A stretch of DNA of 60,805 nt, from IMG/VR virus record IMGVR_UViG_3300025087_000067, positions 1 through 60,805 of that record. One strand, given 5' to 3'. The notes beneath the pieces are model-generated. The model was given only the letters and a program-made list of their open reading frames with translations, did not search any database and was not told the origin of the DNA. The position numbers and the translations under genes were made by a program. Position 1 is the stretch's first letter. Every line of letters starts with the position of its first letter. The stretch is from a virus. Its lineage: Duplodnaviria; Caudoviricetes. This document shows positions 57,565-60,805 of this stretch, in pieces.

Positions 57565-58283
57565 CCGGAACGACCGAACAAAAAACATGCAGCACGCCGG
57601 GTTGCATCAATGGACTGATCGAGATTGAGGAAAACGGCTATCAGGTCATGATTCGATGCGCTGAGTGCCGGGAGCGCCTACGACGGGCCGCGCTCCAGCG
57701 GCGCATCGATTGTTTCACTGAGGTTCTCGGCGAAAACTGGCGGACGCTGCTCGCCCATCCCGAGCGGGCAAAATCCGATCACCCCGCGGCAATCAACGCT
57801 AAGGCCGCGTGGAAGGAAATCCAATACAACCGCCTTGGTTTTCCGGTGGGTGGCGTCATTTTTAAGGGTGATACCGGCACGGGTAAAACATCGGCTATTG
57901 CGCTGCTGTTATCGCTCATGATTCGTAAATGGTTTGAAATAAAACTCGCGGTGTTCAGTCATTCGGATGAGTTCGTTCGGCGTTTTACGTACGACGATGA
58001 AACTAAAGAATTAGTTTCCAGCGCTCATGTTGTGGTTGTCGATAACGTTACGCCGATGAAATTTAAAGATCGGTCGAACGAAAATTGGGTTCGGCAGGCC
58101 ATGCACAAAATCATTGACGATGCCTACGCCAAGCGGTCGCTTGTGATACTCGCTAAATCCTGTACGGATGATGAGATATCGGATTGGCTGCTGGAGGATG
58201 CCATACGAAGGCTCAATATGTTCGGCCCAAAAAGCGGCGTGCCGTTCAATCCAAATTGCGGGTGTCCGTGGAGCGAATCATGA
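57561..58283 (+). CDS. DnaC/IstB-like helicase loader ATPase
   Basis: N-terminal Cys cluster, Walker A 'GDTGTGKT', Walker B 'VVVVDN'. Confidence 0.75.
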   Translation: MTGTTEQKTCSTPGCINGLIEIEENGYQVMIRCAECRERLRRAALQRRIDCFTEVLGENWRTLLAHPERAKSDHPAAINAKAAWKEIQYNRLGFPVGGVIFKGDTGTGKTSAIALLLSLMIRKWFEIKLAVFSHSDEFVRRFTYDDETKELVSSAHVVVVDNVTPMKFKDRSNENWVRQAMHKIIDDAYAKRSLVILAKSCTDDEISDWLLEDAIRRLNMFGPKSGVPFNPNCGCPWSES

Positions 58284-58504
58284 ACGAAAGACCAATCCCC
58301 AAGCTTTTGTATCCGGGTATGCAGACATTTTACGATGAGTGTTCTGATAACGATGAGTGTTCTGATTTTCCCGCACTCGAATGTTGCAGGAGTATGATTA
58401 GACAGATGGCAGAGATGGAGGAGTTGGAGGAGTTGGTAGAGATGGCAAAAAGGGCAAAGGAGAGGGAACGGAAGAGCAAACTCACGGCTCCCTCCCGTGC
58501 TTGA
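58280..58504 (+). CDS. hypothetical protein
   Basis: ATGA-coupled; 18-bp internal duplication (DECSDNDECSD). Confidence 0.5.
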   Translation: MNERPIPKLLYPGMQTFYDECSDNDECSDFPALECCRSMIRQMAEMEELEELVEMAKRAKERERKSKLTAPSRA

Positions 58505-58551
58505 GGTTATCGGCTACATGTTTGCAATCGCGCTACAGGTAGGAGAACGCC

Positions 58552-58959
58552 ATGAATGAAAACTCGAAAATTGAAATGACTGACTGGGAAACAGCGTACC
58601 GAGAATTGCTCGCAGGTTTTCATAGTCTCGAGGTCAAAAACTATTCGCTCATGCAAGAGCGAGAGAAACTTGAAGCCGAGAACGCTCATCTCCGCGCTAT
58701 GGTCGAGTGGCAGCCGCTTAGGGACTCGCCGGGAATGATTACATTCTGGCGCAATCATGAAGGAAAACTCTCGATGCCGGAGTATGACGTAAACAAAAAA
58801 ACGCTAACCAAAATTGAGGAACAAATCAAAATCAATAGGTGGAAAGCGTTTTGGCTACTTCCAGTTTGCTTATCAATATTAGATGATGTTGCAAATAATA
58901 AACCGTTTGTTTTTAAATGCGAGGAAGAGGAGACTGCACAGGTAGGAGAAAAAAATTGA
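58552..58959 (+). CDS. hypothetical protein
   Basis: AGGAG SD; N-terminus mimics DUF5131 (MNENSKIEMT). Confidence 0.6.
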   Translation: MNENSKIEMTDWETAYRELLAGFHSLEVKNYSLMQEREKLEAENAHLRAMVEWQPLRDSPGMITFWRNHEGKLSMPEYDVNKKTLTKIEEQIKINRWKAFWLLPVCLSILDDVANNKPFVFKCEEEETAQVGEKN

Positions 58960-59627
58960 ACATCAAGCATGAGGTCGAGGTGCTGCAAAATCAAATTGCC
59001 CGGCTGGCGATGGAGGTGAACGCGCTTAAGGCCGCGGCGTGCAAAAACGAAATCGGCTATCACGACGTGACGGACCTGTATGCGCCGGAGGAGGAACGCG
59101 GCCATGGGCCACGGCCACTTTACGAGGTCGGTCAATTTGTTTTTGACATCAGGTGCCTGCCAGCAGCCTCCAGAAACACAATCCCGTACCAAATCACATC
59201 CAGGATGTTTGATGGTAAAGCATGGACATACCGAGTGCATGATTTTATCGAAAATAACCCGCCGGATTCATCGACGGGGTACCCCGAGGCGCGCTTGTGC
59301 GGAGCCGGAGACTGGTACGCCTGCAATCACAAAATTATGAGGGAGTTTTATGCTCCGTGCGGGGATAACAAAATTATGTACATCGATCGTGCCCAAAATA
59401 CCGTCGAACCGGCATGGTGCGTTAACTGTCATAAAATCGGGGATAAAATCTTTGTCGACTCCGTCGAGCTTTATCCCGTAATCGACTTGTACGCCTCGAC
59501 TGCGGGGATCAATGAACTTTATCGAGCGATATGCCAGCGACGTCAGCGGGACGCACAGCTCCTTAAAAAGGAATTGCTTCGCCTGGATCGCTGGTTAGCA
59601 CACAATTTCCCGGAGGAGATACGATGA
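58956..59627 (+). CDS. hypothetical protein (TTG start)
   Basis: AGGAG SD before TTG overlapping the upstream stop. Confidence 0.55.
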   Translation: MNIKHEVEVLQNQIARLAMEVNALKAAACKNEIGYHDVTDLYAPEEERGHGPRPLYEVGQFVFDIRCLPAASRNTIPYQITSRMFDGKAWTYRVHDFIENNPPDSSTGYPEARLCGAGDWYACNHKIMREFYAPCGDNKIMYIDRAQNTVEPAWCVNCHKIGDKIFVDSVELYPVIDLYASTAGINELYRAICQRRQRDAQLLKKELLRLDRWLAHNFPEEIR

Positions 59628-59775
59628 TAATATCAACCTACTAAAACAGTAGTAATGGAATCGCCTGTAAGCGTTTCGGATGGCCTACCCTACGGTTGAT
59701 ATGGGTTAGGGGTAGAAAATCGCGTGACGGGCACGGACGGCGGCAAGAATCAAATTCTGGACGGTAGTTATCCCG

Positions 59776-59988
59776 TCATTTAATCCTTGATTCCCTCGCC
59801 AGGCGTTCGAGGGTGGGATGGAACACGGCCGCCGGGGTACGTCCGATGCTCCAGCCCCGGATCGTGTGCGGACTGACCAGGCGATGAAATTCATGTTCGG
59901 CCAGCCACCGGCAGGCCTCGGCATCGGAATCGAGGCCATGGCTGCGGCAAACGTAATCGAGGATCAAACGTAGTTTTTTAGAGTTCAT
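59776..59988 (-). CDS. small HTH-like protein
   Basis: GAGGTAGG SD; 'VSPHTIRGWSIGRTP'. Confidence 0.6.
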   Translation of the reverse strand: MNSKKLRLILDYVCRSHGLDSDAEACRWLAEHEFHRLVSPHTIRGWSIGRTPAAVFHPTLERLARESRIK

Positions 59989-60099
59989 TGGTTTTATCCT
60001 ACCTCAACAAATTTTGTACACACATCAAACCCACATCCAATTTGATTTGGCTCACCGAGCCTGCCGCCACCCCCACAGGTGGGCAGGATGAGCGAACAA

Positions 60100-60804
60100 T
60101 TAACATCCCCATTCTCGGGCTTCTTTTCGTGTGATAAAGCAATGAATACCCGGCGCGCACTCGCTGCGGATGTCGTCACAAAAACTGTCCGCGCTTACGA
60201 TTTTGCCAGTCTGGTATTGCAGTTTTTTATCATGATTTGGATTTTCATAAACAGCATCGTCTGATTCTTGCTTCCCATCTGGTGCGTAGATTGCCAGTAC
60301 CTGACAGTACGATACTCGGATTTTTCGCCCGACGAGTGAATTCACACGTTGAGCGTCTTCTGGTATCAGTAGTTTCGCGATGCGTTTACCGGTCAATTTT
60401 TTCCATGCGATAAACGTTCCTTCTTCGGGAACGATTAAAAAATTAGGAAGATCGGCTCCAGAGAGATTGGCCTTGGAGAGATTGGCCCTGGTGAGATCGG
60501 CTCCAGAGAGATCGGCTCCAGAGAGATTGGCCTCGGTGAGATTGGCCTTGGAGAGATCGGCTCCAGAGATATCGGCTCCAGAGAGATTGGCCTCGGTGAG
60601 ATTGGCCTTGGCGAGATTGGCTCCAGAGAGATTGGCTCCAGAGAGATTGGCCCTGGTGAGATCGGCTCCAGAGAGATTGGCCTTGGAGAGATTGGCCCTG
60701 GTGAGATCGGCTCCAGAGATATCGGCTCCAGAGAGATTGGCCTCGGTGAGATTGGCCTTGGCGAGATCGGCTCCAGAGAGATTGGCTCCAGAGAGATTGG
60801 CCTC
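60100..60804 (-). CDS. pentapeptide-repeat protein with DUF5758-like C-terminus (5'-truncated by window edge)
   Basis: A[N/D]LSG / ANLTE repeats running into 'VPEEGTFIAWKK...IAKLLIPEDA...ECAPGIHCFITR'. Confidence 0.9.
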   Translation of the reverse strand, partial: EANLSGANLSGADLAKANLTEANLSGADISGADLTRANLSKANLSGADLTRANLSGANLSGANLAKANLTEANLSGADISGADLSKANLTEANLSGADLSGADLTRANLSKANLSGADLPNFLIVPEEGTFIAWKKLTGKRIAKLLIPEDAQRVNSLVGRKIRVSYCQVLAIYAPDGKQESDDAVYENPNHDKKLQYQTGKIVSADSFCDDIRSECAPGIHCFITRKEAREWGC

Positions 60805-60805
60805 G
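60449..60805 (-). repeat. 15-bp tandem repeat (~24 units in window)
   Basis: ATTGGCTCCAGAGAG-type units. Confidence 0.95.

Noticed and set aside
1-60805. Genome-wide amber recoding (genetic code 15)
   Set aside because: Large genes are intact under code 11, and TAG is a sensible stop at 10939, 12653 and 13968; only one internal TAG was seen

Overview
The window is most of the genome of a temperate, short-tailed (P22/podovirus-like) tailed phage. Nearly all genes are on the + strand. Order: sigma-70 region-4 protein, terS, an accessory insert (amber-interrupted PNK/HAD phosphatase, HslV-like Ntn peptidase), terL, portal, GroES-like chaperonin, scaffold, capsid genes, adaptor, gp10-like nozzle, ejection proteins and a ~2540-aa polyvalent protein, tail fibre, a block of signal-peptide-bearing proteins, a lysis cassette (GH108 endolysin, S8 protease, holin, spanin-like pair), tyrosine integrase, then early/replication genes (Rad50-like ATPase, UvrD, adenine and cytosine MTases, RusA, DUF5131, DnaB, initiator with iterons, DnaC-like loader). 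A pentapeptide-repeat gene on the - strand is cut by the right edge. Best candidate for an undescribed system: about seven late-operon proteins carry cleavable Sec-type signal peptides, including ones that look like virion decoration or fibre proteins and a mucin-like Thr/Pro protein, and a subtilisin is wedged between endolysin and holin. This suggests extracytoplasmic maturation or decoration of virions, or an envelope/S-layer-directed lysis step. Also notable: a hidden 46-aa gene nested in the polyvalent gene, a dual-frame cytosine MTase, a single in-frame amber codon followed by a hairpin, and a DDxxD protein preceding a Met-Cys ejection protein. All family calls come from motif recognition by eye; no searches were run.
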